Assembly: GCA_938004015.1 (NCBI GenBank)
Contig: CALKWU010000215.1
Coordinates: 22-64,021, forward strand
Length of the DNA: 64,000 bases
Direction: 5' to 3'
Origin: an uncultured Oceanobacillus sp.
Lineage (GTDB): Bacteria; Bacillota; Bacilli; Bacillales; Amphibacillaceae
The notes under the pieces are model-generated. The model was given only the letters and a program-made list of their open reading frames with translations. It made no database searches and was not told the origin of the DNA. A program made the translations under genes and the position numbers. Below are positions 55,351-64,000 of the stretch, piece by piece; within the stretch, counting starts at the first letter, position 1; the number at the start of each line of letters is the position of its first letter.

Positions 55351-56286
55351 TTGAGAACATTCAAATTGACATATCCGCATACGTTCACACCGGCCGATAT
55401 GCCGGAAACGGTGAGCGCAATCGGATTTTTTGACGGAATACATAGAGGCCATCAGCAAGTGATTGGAAAAGCTGTGGAAATCGCCAGGGACAAAAAGATG
55501 GAAAGTGCAGTCATCACGTTCCATCCCCATCCTTCCGTCGTCCTGTCCAAAGGTACAAAACATGTCCAATATATTACACCTTTGCGTGAAAAACAAGAAA
55601 TCCTGCAACAAATGGACGTCGACCGGCTTTATATCATTGAATTCAATGAGGAATTGTCGAAACTGAGCCCGCAACAGTTCATCGACCATTTCATCATCGG
55701 GTTGAACATCAAACATCTAGTTGCCGGATTCGACTATAGTTTTGGCCATAAAGGAAAAGGGAATATGACTAACATCGGCGAATACACGAGAAATGAATTC
55801 GATTATACAGTAGTTGATAAAGTGACCAGCGATGAAGAAAAAGTGAGTTCCACTCGGATCAGAAAATTGCTCGCAGATGGAAACGTCGAAGCAGTGAATG
55901 AACTGCTCGGCAGACCTTTGAAATATACGAGCGAAGTCATCCAAGGAGCGAAACGGGGAGCGGAACTCGGTTACCCGACGGCTAATTTGAAAATCAATGG
56001 GGATGCTTTGCTTCCGAAAATTGGAGTATATGCGGTGAAAGTGATTTATAAACATGCGGTTTATGAAGGGATGGCCAGTGTCGGCACGAATCCGACTTTT
56101 GCCGAAGATAAAGGGAATTTATCGGTGGAAGTCCATATTTTCGATTATAATCATGATTTGTATGGAGAAGAATTACAAATTGAATGGCACAAATTCATCC
56201 GGGATGAAGAGACATTCGATCATGTGGACGACTTGATTGCACAAATGGACAAAGACGAAGAAGTCATCCGCAATTATTTTCGTTGA
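55351..56286 (+). CDS. ribF: Bifunctional riboflavin kinase/FAD synthetase
   Basis: GFFDGIHRGH, VSSTRIR, GYPTAN, EVHIFD; TTG start. Confidence 0.96.
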   Translation: MRTFKLTYPHTFTPADMPETVSAIGFFDGIHRGHQQVIGKAVEIARDKKMESAVITFHPHPSVVLSKGTKHVQYITPLREKQEILQQMDVDRLYIIEFNEELSKLSPQQFIDHFIIGLNIKHLVAGFDYSFGHKGKGNMTNIGEYTRNEFDYTVVDKVTSDEEKVSSTRIRKLLADGNVEAVNELLGRPLKYTSEVIQGAKRGAELGYPTANLKINGDALLPKIGVYAVKVIYKHAVYEGMASVGTNPTFAEDKGNLSVEVHIFDYNHDLYGEELQIEWHKFIRDEETFDHVDDLIAQMDKDEEVIRNYFR

Positions 56287-56309
56287 GCATATCGTGCTTC
56301 GATAAAAGC

Positions 56310-56338
56310 TTGAAATTCCAAGCTGTTTAGGTTATACT
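56310..56338 (+). promoter_or_regulatory. Sigma-A promoter of rpsO
   Basis: TTGAAA-N17-TATACT. Confidence 0.75.
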
Positions 56339-56346
56339 GTCAGAGA

Positions 56347-56420
56347 TAAACCATCCTCTTGGCAAATCGTATCTCCGACGATTAGCTAGGAGATTGGGGA
56401 TAAAACAAGAAATAGGAGGT
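56347..56420 (+). ncRNA. Firmicutes S15 (rpsO) leader RNA
   Basis: AACCAT..TTGGC..CG.ATC.CCGACG..GCT..TGGGGAT pattern typical of Bacillus rpsO leaders. Confidence 0.7.
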
Positions 56421-56427
56421 GGACCTG

Positions 56428-56697
56428 ATGGCGATTTCACAAGAACGTAAAGCTGAGATCATTAACGAATTCAAAATCCATGAAACAGATACCGGTTCTC
56501 CTGAAGTGCAAATTGCTGTACTTACAGAAGAAATCAATCTGTTGAATGAACATCTGCGTGTACACAAGAAAGATCATCATTCTCGCCGTGGTCTGTTCAA
56601 AATGGTTGGTAAACGTCGTAACCTATTAAACTATCTACGTAAAAAAGATGTTACACGCTACCGTAACTTGATTGAAAAACTCGGATTACGCCGATAA
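56428..56697 (+). CDS. rpsO: 30S ribosomal protein S15
   Basis: [19 protein letters not shown]. Confidence 0.99.
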   Translation: MAISQERKAEIINEFKIHETDTGSPEVQIAVLTEEINLLNEHLRVHKKDHHSRRGLFKMVGKRRNLLNYLRKKDVTRYRNLIEKLGLRR

Positions 56698-56740
56698 TCA
56701 CACGAAGATACGTTGCCGATCAAACAAATCTTTTTGATGA

Positions 56741-56815
56741 ATGCCTGAAAAGCCTAAATGGTCAAATCCGGTGTACAATCGGACGGACACTGGATTTGCC
56801 ATTCTGGGCAGGCGT
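56741..56815. repeat. Long stem-loop between the rpsO stop and its terminator
   Basis: ATGCCTG/CAGGCGT, AATGG/CCATT, CAAATCCGGTGT/ACACTGGATTTG. Confidence 0.6.
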
Positions 56816-56848
56816 CCGGAAATTGACAAATGACTTGTTCACTTTTTA

Positions 56849-56876
56849 AAAAAAGCAGGAGAAATCCTGCTTTTTT
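56849..56876 (+). terminator. rpsO terminator
   Basis: AAAAAAGCAGGA-gaaa-TCCTGCTTTTTT. Confidence 0.85.
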
Positions 56877-56969
56877 GTTAAGAATTTCCGATTGCGAATG
56901 GTGTAAAGTACAAATATATGCGGGTATTTCCAAATGATGAGTGTTACTTGCTTTCGGGATGAGAAAATG

Positions 56970-56998
56970 TGGACATTCAGTTTGATTATCATTATGCT
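56970..56998 (+). promoter_or_regulatory. Putative sigma-A promoter of pnp
   Basis: TGGACA-N17-TATGCT. Confidence 0.5.
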
Positions 56999-57076
56999 AT
57001 CGTATATTCTAGAACTGAAAGGGTTTGAACCATCAACATGTTTTGGGATGTTGTATTGAAAGGAGTACTACAATAG

Positions 57077-59200
57077 ATGGAAGATGAAAAGAAAGTATTT
57101 ACGACGGAAATTGCCGGCAAGACGTTTCGAGTGGAAATAGGCGAGATGGCGAAACAAGCCGGCGGGGCAGCGATGATCCAATATGGTGATACATCGGTCT
57201 TGTCTGTTGCTACGAGCTCAAAAGAGCCGAAAGATTTGGATTTTTTCCCATTGACGGTGAATTATGAAGAACGTTTGTATGCCGTTGGGAAAATTCCAGG
57301 TGGTTTCATTAAACGGGAAGGAAGACCTAGTGAAAAAGCGATCCTTGCTTCACGGCTCATTGACCGGCCAATCCGACCATTATTCCCGGATGGTTACCGG
57401 AATGAGGTGCAAGTGATCAGCACTGTTTTGAGTGTTGACCAAAATTGTTCTTCGGAAATCGCAGCAATGATTGGCTCATCCATCGCTTTATGCATATCCG
57501 ACATTCCGTTTAAAGAGCCGATTGCTGGAGTGCATGTCGGACGAGTCGATGGAAAGTTCGTCATTAATCCGACAGTGAGAGAGCAAGAGAAGAGCGATAT
57601 TGAATTGACCGTCGCCGGAACAAAAGATGCGGTGAATATGGTCGAAGCAGGTGCCAATGAAGTTCCGGAAGAAGTCATGTTGGAAGCGATCATGTTCGGA
57701 CATGAAGAAATCAAGCGATTAGTCGCGTTCCAAGAAGAAATCATTTCCCAAGTGGAAGTGGAAAAATCTGAGGTGCAGCTGTTCGAGCTTGATGAAGAAT
57801 TGGTTGAAAAAACAGAGAAGGAAGCGAAGGACAAGCTCATCGAAGCGATCCAAGTGAAGGAGAAACTGGAAAGGGAAGCGGCGATCCAAGCTGTCAAAGA
57901 TGAAGTCATCGCCCAATATGATGAAGAGACCGAAGCGGATACGATCAAGCAAGTGAAGTCGATTCTTGATGATATCGTCAAAGAAGAAGTGCGACGTCTC
58001 ATCACGAAGGAAAAAATCCGTCCGGATGGCAGAAAGCCAGATGAAATCCGTGCGCTATCCAGTCGAGTGCATCTGTTGCCGCGGGCCCATGGATCTGGAC
58101 TTTTCACACGTGGGCAAACTCAAGCTCTCAGCGTATGTACGTTAGGGGCATTAGGAGATGTCCAAATTTTAGATGGATTGGATCTGGAGGAGTCCAAACG
58201 GTTTATGCACCATTATAATTTCCCACCATACAGTGTCGGAGAAACCGGCCCTATGCGGGGTCCTGGGAGAAGGGAAATCGGTCACGGTGCGTTAGGTGAA
58301 CGAGCACTGGAAAAAGTGATTCCATCCGAAAAGGAATTCCCTTATACGATCCGACTCGTTTCCGAAGTGTTGGAGTCGAACGGATCCAGTTCACAAGCAA
58401 GTATTTGCGCGAGCACATTGGCGTTGATGGATGCAGGAGTTCCGATAAAAGCACCAGTGGCAGGAATCGCTATGGGGCTTGTCATGTCGGATGATGATTA
58501 CACGATTCTATCAGACATCCAAGGGATGGAAGACGCATTGGGCGATATGGACTTTAAAGTTGCCGGAACGGAAAAAGGCATTACCGCTTTGCAAATGGAT
58601 ATCAAAGTCGACGGATTGAAACGTGAAATTTTACAAGAAGCGATGGAACAAGCGAAAATCGGCCGTATGAAAATTCTTGAATCCATGCTTGAAACGATTT
58701 CCAAACCGAAACCACAGTTGTCACCGTATGCGCCAAAAATCACGACGATGACGATCGATCCGGAAAAAATCCGTGATGTGATTGGTCCTAGCGGAAAGCA
58801 GATCAACGAAATCATCGATGAAACTGGTGTGAAAATCGACATCGAACAAGATGGAAGCATTTATATCGCTTCAACTGATGAGGAAATGAACGAGAAGGCG
58901 AAGAAAATCATCGAGGATATTGTACGTGAAGTGGAAGTCGGTCAAGTTTATTTAGGAAAAGTGAAACGGATTGAAAAATTTGGTGCGTTTGTCGAACTGT
59001 TCAAAGGGAAAGACGGTCTCGTCCATATTTCCGAACTGCAAATTGAACGCACGAATAAAGTCGAAGATGTCGTCTCTATCGGGGATGAAATCCTTGTGAA
59101 AGTGAAAGAAATCGATAACCAAGGTCGGATCAATTTATCGAGGAAGGCAGTTCTCCTTGAAGAACGGGCCAAGAAGAAAAAACAAATGAATAGGAGGTAA
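57077..59200 (+). CDS. pnp: Polynucleotide phosphorylase
   Basis: [33 protein letters not shown] and S1 domains. Confidence 0.99.
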   Translation: MEDEKKVFTTEIAGKTFRVEIGEMAKQAGGAAMIQYGDTSVLSVATSSKEPKDLDFFPLTVNYEERLYAVGKIPGGFIKREGRPSEKAILASRLIDRPIRPLFPDGYRNEVQVISTVLSVDQNCSSEIAAMIGSSIALCISDIPFKEPIAGVHVGRVDGKFVINPTVREQEKSDIELTVAGTKDAVNMVEAGANEVPEEVMLEAIMFGHEEIKRLVAFQEEIISQVEVEKSEVQLFELDEELVEKTEKEAKDKLIEAIQVKEKLEREAAIQAVKDEVIAQYDEETEADTIKQVKSILDDIVKEEVRRLITKEKIRPDGRKPDEIRALSSRVHLLPRAHGSGLFTRGQTQALSVCTLGALGDVQILDGLDLEESKRFMHHYNFPPYSVGETGPMRGPGRREIGHGALGERALEKVIPSEKEFPYTIRLVSEVLESNGSSSQASICASTLALMDAGVPIKAPVAGIAMGLVMSDDDYTILSDIQGMEDALGDMDFKVAGTEKGITALQMDIKVDGLKREILQEAMEQAKIGRMKILESMLETISKPKPQLSPYAPKITTMTIDPEKIRDVIGPSGKQINEIIDETGVKIDIEQDGSIYIASTDEEMNEKAKKIIEDIVREVEVGQVYLGKVKRIEKFGAFVELFKGKDGLVHISELQIERTNKVEDVVSIGDEILVKVKEIDNQGRINLSRKAVLLEERAKKKKQMNRR

Positions 59201-59239
59201 TTGGAGACTGGAAATCCTGTTCTCCAATCCCTTTTGAAC

Positions 59240-59276
59240 AAAAAGAAGCTGATTCATTGATTTCAGTTTCTTTTTT
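59240..59276 (+). terminator. Terminator after pnp
   Basis: AAAAAGAAGCTGA...TCAGTTTCTTTTTT. Confidence 0.7.
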
Positions 59277-59295
59277 AATTTTCTCTCACTTTTTT

Positions 59296-59324
59296 ACATA
59301 CCTTGTCCCCTGTTTACATATGTT
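59296..59324 (+). promoter_or_regulatory. Sigma-E promoter of ylxY
   Basis: aCATA-N16-CATATGTT. Confidence 0.6.
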
Positions 59325-59342
59325 AATCCAGGGGGAGGTAGC

Positions 59343-60278
59343 ATGATTACATATCGGAAATATGTGAATCTTATCTTGTTCATCTTGATTTTTTTTGCTA
59401 CATTCCGTTTGGAGCCTAATCCGTTTGAAACGGATGTTTTACAAGTGAATACAAGTGACCAGTTATATATGAAAATTACCGACGAAGCGGAAAAAGAGGA
59501 ATACAACGAACCACCGGAAAATGCTTACATTGACCGGGTATGGAAAAAAACACCAGGTAGGAACGGCAGAAAAGTAAACATCGAAGCGTCTTATGAAAAA
59601 ATGAGGAAATCTGGTCAGTTTGATGAAAAATTACTCGTATTTGATGAAATTGAGCCGGAAATCGGATTGGACGATTTACCGGCCGCACCGATATACCGGG
59701 GTCATCCGGATAAACAAATGGTGACGTTCATGATCAACGTTTCGTGGGGGGCTGAATATATTCCGGCAATCCTTCAAGTGTTGCAAGACCAGCATGTTCA
59801 AGTAAATTTTTTTATCGAGGGAAAATGGGCGAGGGAAAATCCCGACCTGGTGAAACTGATTGCTGACAAGGGACATCTAATCGGGAATCATGCTTATGAT
59901 CACCCCGATATGGCACGGATCAGCACGGCGAAAATGGAAGAACAAATAAGCCGGACAAATGAAATATTGACCGCCATTCTTGGTGAAACTCCACAATATT
60001 TCACTCCACCAAGCGGCAGTTTCAACGATCAAGTCGTTCAAGTCGCTGCGGATTTGAATATGGAAACGATTTTGTGGACGACAGATACGATTGATTGGAA
60101 GAATCCCTCTGTTTCTGTTATGATAAATCGAGTGGAAAACAAAGTGCACCCCGGTGCAATCATTTTGATGCATCCGACGGAAGTGATTGCAGACGGGTTG
60201 GAGGATTTGATCATATCACTTAAAGATAAAGGGTATCGCATTGGAAAATTAGATCGTCTATTAAGTAGCGGAAGATGA
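59343..60278 (+). CDS. ylxY: Sporulation polysaccharide deacetylase-family protein YlxY
   Basis: NVSWG, GNHAYDHP, PPSGSF, DTIDW, LMHPT; downstream of pnp. Confidence 0.9.
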   Translation: MITYRKYVNLILFILIFFATFRLEPNPFETDVLQVNTSDQLYMKITDEAEKEEYNEPPENAYIDRVWKKTPGRNGRKVNIEASYEKMRKSGQFDEKLLVFDEIEPEIGLDDLPAAPIYRGHPDKQMVTFMINVSWGAEYIPAILQVLQDQHVQVNFFIEGKWARENPDLVKLIADKGHLIGNHAYDHPDMARISTAKMEEQISRTNEILTAILGETPQYFTPPSGSFNDQVVQVAADLNMETILWTTDTIDWKNPSVSVMINRVENKVHPGAIILMHPTEVIADGLEDLIISLKDKGYRIGKLDRLLSSGR

Positions 60279-60302
60279 ATGACGAAATAGGGGGAAGTAG
60301 GT

Positions 60303-61520
60303 TTGATCCAGAAACATCAATGTGGGAATGGAGTACGTATCGTCTTGGAAACGATTCCTACCGTACGATCTGTGACAATAGGCATTTGGGTGTTGGCAGG
60401 TTCAAGATTTGAAACGAAAGAAAACAATGGGATATCTCATTTTATTGAGCATATGTTGTTTAAAGGGACAAAAAACCGTTCTGCACAAGAGATTGCGGAA
60501 GTATTTGATTCGATCGGCGGGCAAATCAATGCTTTCACCGCAAAAGAATACTCGTGCATTTATGCGAAAGTTTTGGATACACATAAAGAATTGGCCTTGG
60601 AAGTCCTCGCAGATATGTTTTTCAACTCGACTTTCGATGAAGTGGAAATGGAACGGGAAAAACAGGTCATTTATGAAGAAATAAAAATGTATGAAGATAC
60701 ACCGGATGATATCGTCCATGATTTTTTGGCCGAAGCGGCGTATGATGGACATCCGCTCGGTTTTCCGATTATCGGTACAGAGAAGCAATTGGAATCCTTC
60801 GACCGACATATGGTGGAAAACTTTATGGATGAACGGTATACACCGGAAAACATCGTCATATCTGTCGCCGGAAATGCGGATGAATCTTTTATCCGAAAAA
60901 TCGATGACCATTTCGGAAGTTTTAAAAAAATCGGACATCATGACGGAGAACCAGTTCCATCTTTTACGGCAAATTCCGTCAAGCGGAAAAAAGATACAGA
61001 ACAGGCGCATCTTTGCCTTGGTTTTCGCGGGTTGCCGATCCATGATGAGTCGATTTACAGCTTGCTCATATTAAACAATATCCTTGGTGGGAGTATGAGT
61101 TCACGGTTGTTCCAACATGTCCGGGAAAAACATGGACTTGCTTATTCCGTATATTCCTACCACACTTCATATTTGGATGACGGAATGTTGACGATTTATG
61201 CGGGAACTGGAAATGAACGGTTGCCGAAATTAAAACAAACGATTGAACATATTATTGAAGAGCTCGTGGTAAAAGGAATTACGGAGAAAGAATTACATAA
61301 CAGTAAAGAGCAATTGAAAGGAAATTTGCTGCTCAGTTTGGAGAGCACGAATAATCGGATGATGAGAAACGGTAGGAATGAATTGCTATTGCAACAACAC
61401 CGTTCACTCGATGAAATGATTGAAAAGATCGATGCAGTATCAAAAACATCGGTGAAAAATGTAAGTGATCGGATTTTCGAAAGTGAACCGGCAACTGCAT
61501 TGATTGCAGCGGCTGACTAA
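60303..61520 (+). CDS. mlpA: M16-family zinc peptidase MlpA (YmxG)
   Basis: HFIEH inverted zinc motif, SSRLFQ.VRE..GLAYSV; TTG start. Confidence 0.92.
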   Translation: MIQKHQCGNGVRIVLETIPTVRSVTIGIWVLAGSRFETKENNGISHFIEHMLFKGTKNRSAQEIAEVFDSIGGQINAFTAKEYSCIYAKVLDTHKELALEVLADMFFNSTFDEVEMEREKQVIYEEIKMYEDTPDDIVHDFLAEAAYDGHPLGFPIIGTEKQLESFDRHMVENFMDERYTPENIVISVAGNADESFIRKIDDHFGSFKKIGHHDGEPVPSFTANSVKRKKDTEQAHLCLGFRGLPIHDESIYSLLILNNILGGSMSSRLFQHVREKHGLAYSVYSYHTSYLDDGMLTIYAGTGNERLPKLKQTIEHIIEELVVKGITEKELHNSKEQLKGNLLLSLESTNNRMMRNGRNELLLQQHRSLDEMIEKIDAVSKTSVKNVSDRIFESEPATALIAAAD

Positions 61521-61547
61521 CAGATCCATATTTTCAGATGGAAACGG

Positions 61548-61576
61548 ACATGAATACGCCTGTCCTTGCATATGCT
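61548..61576 (+). promoter_or_regulatory. Sigma-E-type promoter of ymxH
   Basis: aCATG-N16-CATATGCT. Confidence 0.5.
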
Positions 61577-61596
61577 GGAAACAAGGGGGAACAGCG

Positions 61597-61848
61597 ATGC
61601 GATTCAGGGAAATCGGCGGAAAGGAAATCATTGATGTTAGCCATGGCGTCAAATTAGGTGTTTTAGGGCAAACCGATTTGGAAATCAATGAGCAGACCGG
61701 GCAAATCGAAGCATTCATCGTTCCATCTTACAAATGGTTCGGACTCGTGAAAGAAGATGAAGAAACGCTCATCCCGTGGAGTAATATAAAAGTGATTGGT
61801 GAAGATATGATCGTCGTCGAATCCAGTCCATTTGACGGCAATAAATAG
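61597..61848 (+). CDS. ymxH: YlmC/YmxH PRC-barrel sporulation protein
   Basis: GKEIID..G..LG, IPW..I..IG.DMI. Confidence 0.92.
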   Translation: MRFREIGGKEIIDVSHGVKLGVLGQTDLEINEQTGQIEAFIVPSYKWFGLVKEDEETLIPWSNIKVIGEDMIVVESSPFDGNK

Positions 61849-61849
61849 C

Positions 61850-61880
61850 GGGACGAAAAGGGACTGTCCCTGTTCGTCCC
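61850..61880. repeat. REP-like GGGAC palindrome
   Basis: GGGACGAAaAGGGACtGTCCCTgTTCGTCCC. Confidence 0.55.
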
Positions 61881-61890
61881 ACTTGATGGT

Positions 61891-61924
61891 GGCTGATATC
61901 TCAAAAGGTATCAGCCCTTTTTTT
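61891..61924 (+). terminator. Terminator after ymxH
   Basis: GGCTGATATCT-caaa-AGGTATCAGCC plus T run. Confidence 0.8.
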
Positions 61925-61944
61925 GTTTTTTTCTGTTACAGCAA

Positions 61945-61973
61945 TCACTATAAAACCCAAACATCATATTCTA
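61945..61973 (+). promoter_or_regulatory. Sigma-K promoter of dpaAB
   Basis: TCAC-N16-CATATTCTA. Confidence 0.7.
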
Positions 61974-62010
61974 TATAGAGAAATTCAAGTTTGGGAGGGT
62001 ATTGGCAATA

Positions 62011-62892
62011 ATGGAGCTACTCATTGCTGTAATAGGCGGTGATGCACGGTATCTGGAGTTGATCCGTCAATTGGAAGCATTGCCGGATGTAACAATCGTT
62101 CTAGTCGGATTTGATAATTTGGAACAAAGTTTTACTGGGTTGAAACAAAGTGATTTTCAAGAGTTGGACCCGGGGGATTTGGACGTTGTCATTTTGCCGA
62201 TTACCGGAACCGATGAGTCTGGTAACATCGAGACTGTTTTTTCCGATCAACCGATCCAGCTTACCAATGATTGGTTTCATCGTTTAAAAAATACCGCCAT
62301 CTTGTTTACCGGGATGGCCAACGCATATTTAACGGAACATGCAGAAGCTGTAGATGTGGAGTTGGTTGCTCTTCTCGACCGGGATGATGTCGCCATTTAT
62401 AATTCGATACCGACAGCTGAAGGTGCGATTATGATGGCAATCGAACATACGGATTATACGCTCCACTCTTCTAACGTTGTCGTCACAGGATTTGGAAGAG
62501 TCGGCCATACGATTGCCAACAAATTTTCCGGTTTAGGTGCCAATGTCAGTGTCGCGTCGAGAAGTTTATCTGACTTGGCAAGAGTCACCGAGATGAATTT
62601 GACAGCGATCCCTTTGGATCGTTTATCGGAATATCTGGATAACTGTGACTTTTTGATCAATACGATTCCTGCTCCGGTCATAACCCAAGAAGCGATCGAA
62701 AAACTTCCAGCTCATACGGTTATTATCGATCTTGCTTCAAAGCCGGGAGGAACGGATTTTGCTTTTGCGAAAAAACGGGGAATAAAAGCTATTCTGGCCA
62801 GAAGTCTGCCCGGTGTAGTTGCACCGAAGACAGCCGGGAAAATATTAGCGAATGTCATCATACAAATTTTAGAGGAAAGGGGATTGGCATGA
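62011..62892 (+). CDS. dpaA: Dipicolinate synthase subunit A (SpoVFA)
   Basis: GGDARY, NSIPTAEGA, DLASKPGGTDF, LPG.VAPKTAG. Confidence 0.96.
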   Translation: MELLIAVIGGDARYLELIRQLEALPDVTIVLVGFDNLEQSFTGLKQSDFQELDPGDLDVVILPITGTDESGNIETVFSDQPIQLTNDWFHRLKNTAILFTGMANAYLTEHAEAVDVELVALLDRDDVAIYNSIPTAEGAIMMAIEHTDYTLHSSNVVVTGFGRVGHTIANKFSGLGANVSVASRSLSDLARVTEMNLTAIPLDRLSEYLDNCDFLINTIPAPVITQEAIEKLPAHTVIIDLASKPGGTDFAFAKKRGIKAILARSLPGVVAPKTAGKILANVIIQILEERGLA

Positions 62893-63476
62893 CGCTCTCT
62901 GGAAAAAAAATCGGTATCGGTATTACGGGGTCTCATCATTCCCATGTTTTTGTATTTAAAGAAATAGAGCGCCTAGTGGAGAAAGGGGCGGAAGTGTATC
63001 CGTTCGTCACCGATGCAGTGAAGACAACGGACACCGTCCACGGTATAGCGGAAGAAAAAGTAAAGAAATTGGAGGAATTGACCGGGAAACCAGTAGTTAC
63101 AACGATTGTGGAATCTGAACCGTTTGGGCCGGTGACTCCGCTTGATTGCATGGTCATCGCACCTCTCACAGGTAATTCCTTAAGCAAATTTGCCAATGCA
63201 GTGACCGATAATGCGGTGTTGATGGCAAGTAAAGCGACGTTACGAAATGATAGTCCTGTCGTTCTTGGTGTATCGACAAACGATGCACTTGGATTGAATG
63301 GTATGAATTTGATGAAACTGATGGCAACGAAAAACATCTTTTTCATCCCTTTTGGTCAAGATGATCCGCTGAACAAACCGAATTCCCTTGTTGCTGATTG
63401 GTCAAGTCTAGTCGATACCGTAAAATTTGCATTAAATAAACGTCAAATCCAGCCAGTCCTCATTTCTTACCAATGA
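62889..63476 (+). CDS. dpaB: Dipicolinate synthase subunit B (SpoVFB)
   Basis: APLTGNS, KATLRN, STNDALG, PFGQDDP..KPNS. Confidence 0.96.
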   Translation: MTLSGKKIGIGITGSHHSHVFVFKEIERLVEKGAEVYPFVTDAVKTTDTVHGIAEEKVKKLEELTGKPVVTTIVESEPFGPVTPLDCMVIAPLTGNSLSKFANAVTDNAVLMASKATLRNDSPVVLGVSTNDALGLNGMNLMKLMATKNIFFIPFGQDDPLNKPNSLVADWSSLVDTVKFALNKRQIQPVLISYQ

Positions 63477-63480
63477 TTTT

Positions 63481-63491
63481 TATGATATAAT
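63481..63491 (+). promoter_or_regulatory. Extended -10 sigma-A promoter of asd
   Basis: TATGATATAAT. Confidence 0.55.
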
Positions 63492-63536
63492 ATAACGCTA
63501 ATAATATCATTTGAGAACTGAAGGGAGAAGCGGGAA

Positions 63537-64000
63537 ATGGCAGAAAGGAAAGGATACCATGTCGCCGTTGTCGGTGCAACCGGCGCAGTGGGAACAAAAA
63601 TTTTACAAATGTTGGAGAAAACTGATTTTCCTATTAAAAACTTGAAAGTTTTAGCTTCGAAACGTTCGGCCGGGAAAACTGTTTTCTTTCAAAATAAACC
63701 ATACACGATAGAGGAAGCGGCACCGGAAAGTTTTGCGGAAATCGACATCGCTCTATTTTCAGCAGGGGGATCCGTCTCGAAAGCTTTCGCCGGAGAGGCT
63801 GTCAAACAAGGGGCGGTAGTCGTCGACAATACAAGTGCTTTCCGGATGGATGAACAGGTGCCGTTGGTTGTACCGGAAGTGAATGAACAAGACATTCAAA
63901 CACACCAAGGGATCATCGCAAACCCGAACTGTTCGACGATTCAAATGGTTATGGCGTTAAAACCGATCAAAGACGCTTTTGGTTTGTCCCGGGTCATCGT
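63537..64000 (+). CDS. asd: Aspartate-semialdehyde dehydrogenase, 3'-truncated by window edge
   Basis: Manual translation: MAERKGYHVAVVGATGAVG...FSAGG...VDNTSAFRM..VPLVVPEVN...IIANPNCSTIQM. Not in the ORF track because there is no stop. Confidence 0.96.
   Translation, partial: MAERKGYHVAVVGATGAVGTKILQMLEKTDFPIKNLKVLASKRSAGKTVFFQNKPYTIEEAAPESFAEIDIALFSAGGSVSKAFAGEAVKQGAVVVDNTSAFRMDEQVPLVVPEVNEQDIQTHQGIIANPNCSTIQMVMALKPIKDAFGLSRVI

Noticed and set aside
59190-59253. Strong AGGAGGT at the end of pnp followed by TTG, suggesting a small peptide
   Set aside because: SD-to-start spacing is too short, and the region is occupied by terminator hairpins.

Overview
This is core chromosome from a spore-forming Bacillaceae, probably the Oceanobacillus/Virgibacillus-like clade (inferred from gene content only). 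All real genes lie on the + strand. It is syntenic with the B. subtilis ylqG-to-asd interval: ylqG(partial)-ylqH-sucCD-dprA-topA-xerC-hslVU-codY; the ~27 kb fla/che operon (flgB to sigD, DUF342/FapA, a hypothetical gene, swrB); rpsB-tsf-pyrH-frr-uppS-cdsA-rseP-polC; rimP-nusA-ylxRQ-infB-ylxP-rbfA-truB-ribF; rpsO-pnp; ylxY-mlpA-ymxH-dpaAB-asd(partial). I saw no prophage, intact IS, CRISPR array, rRNA or tRNA. Four genes expected from B. subtilis synteny are cleanly absent: trmFO, cheA, dxr and proS. The most interesting signals are non-coding. A small TIGR02530-like flagellar-operon protein with a DUF4258/RelE-like 'SKHAxERxxER' motif is followed by a GGA-rich two-hairpin RNA directly before the hook gene flgE. 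After flgE, a strong hairpin separates the only good SD from the swrD start. A 143-bp TIR-bounded, MITE-like fold-back element follows codY, and further long intergenic hairpins follow rbfA and rpsO. All gene calls come from manual recognition of protein sequence and synteny; no database searches were run.
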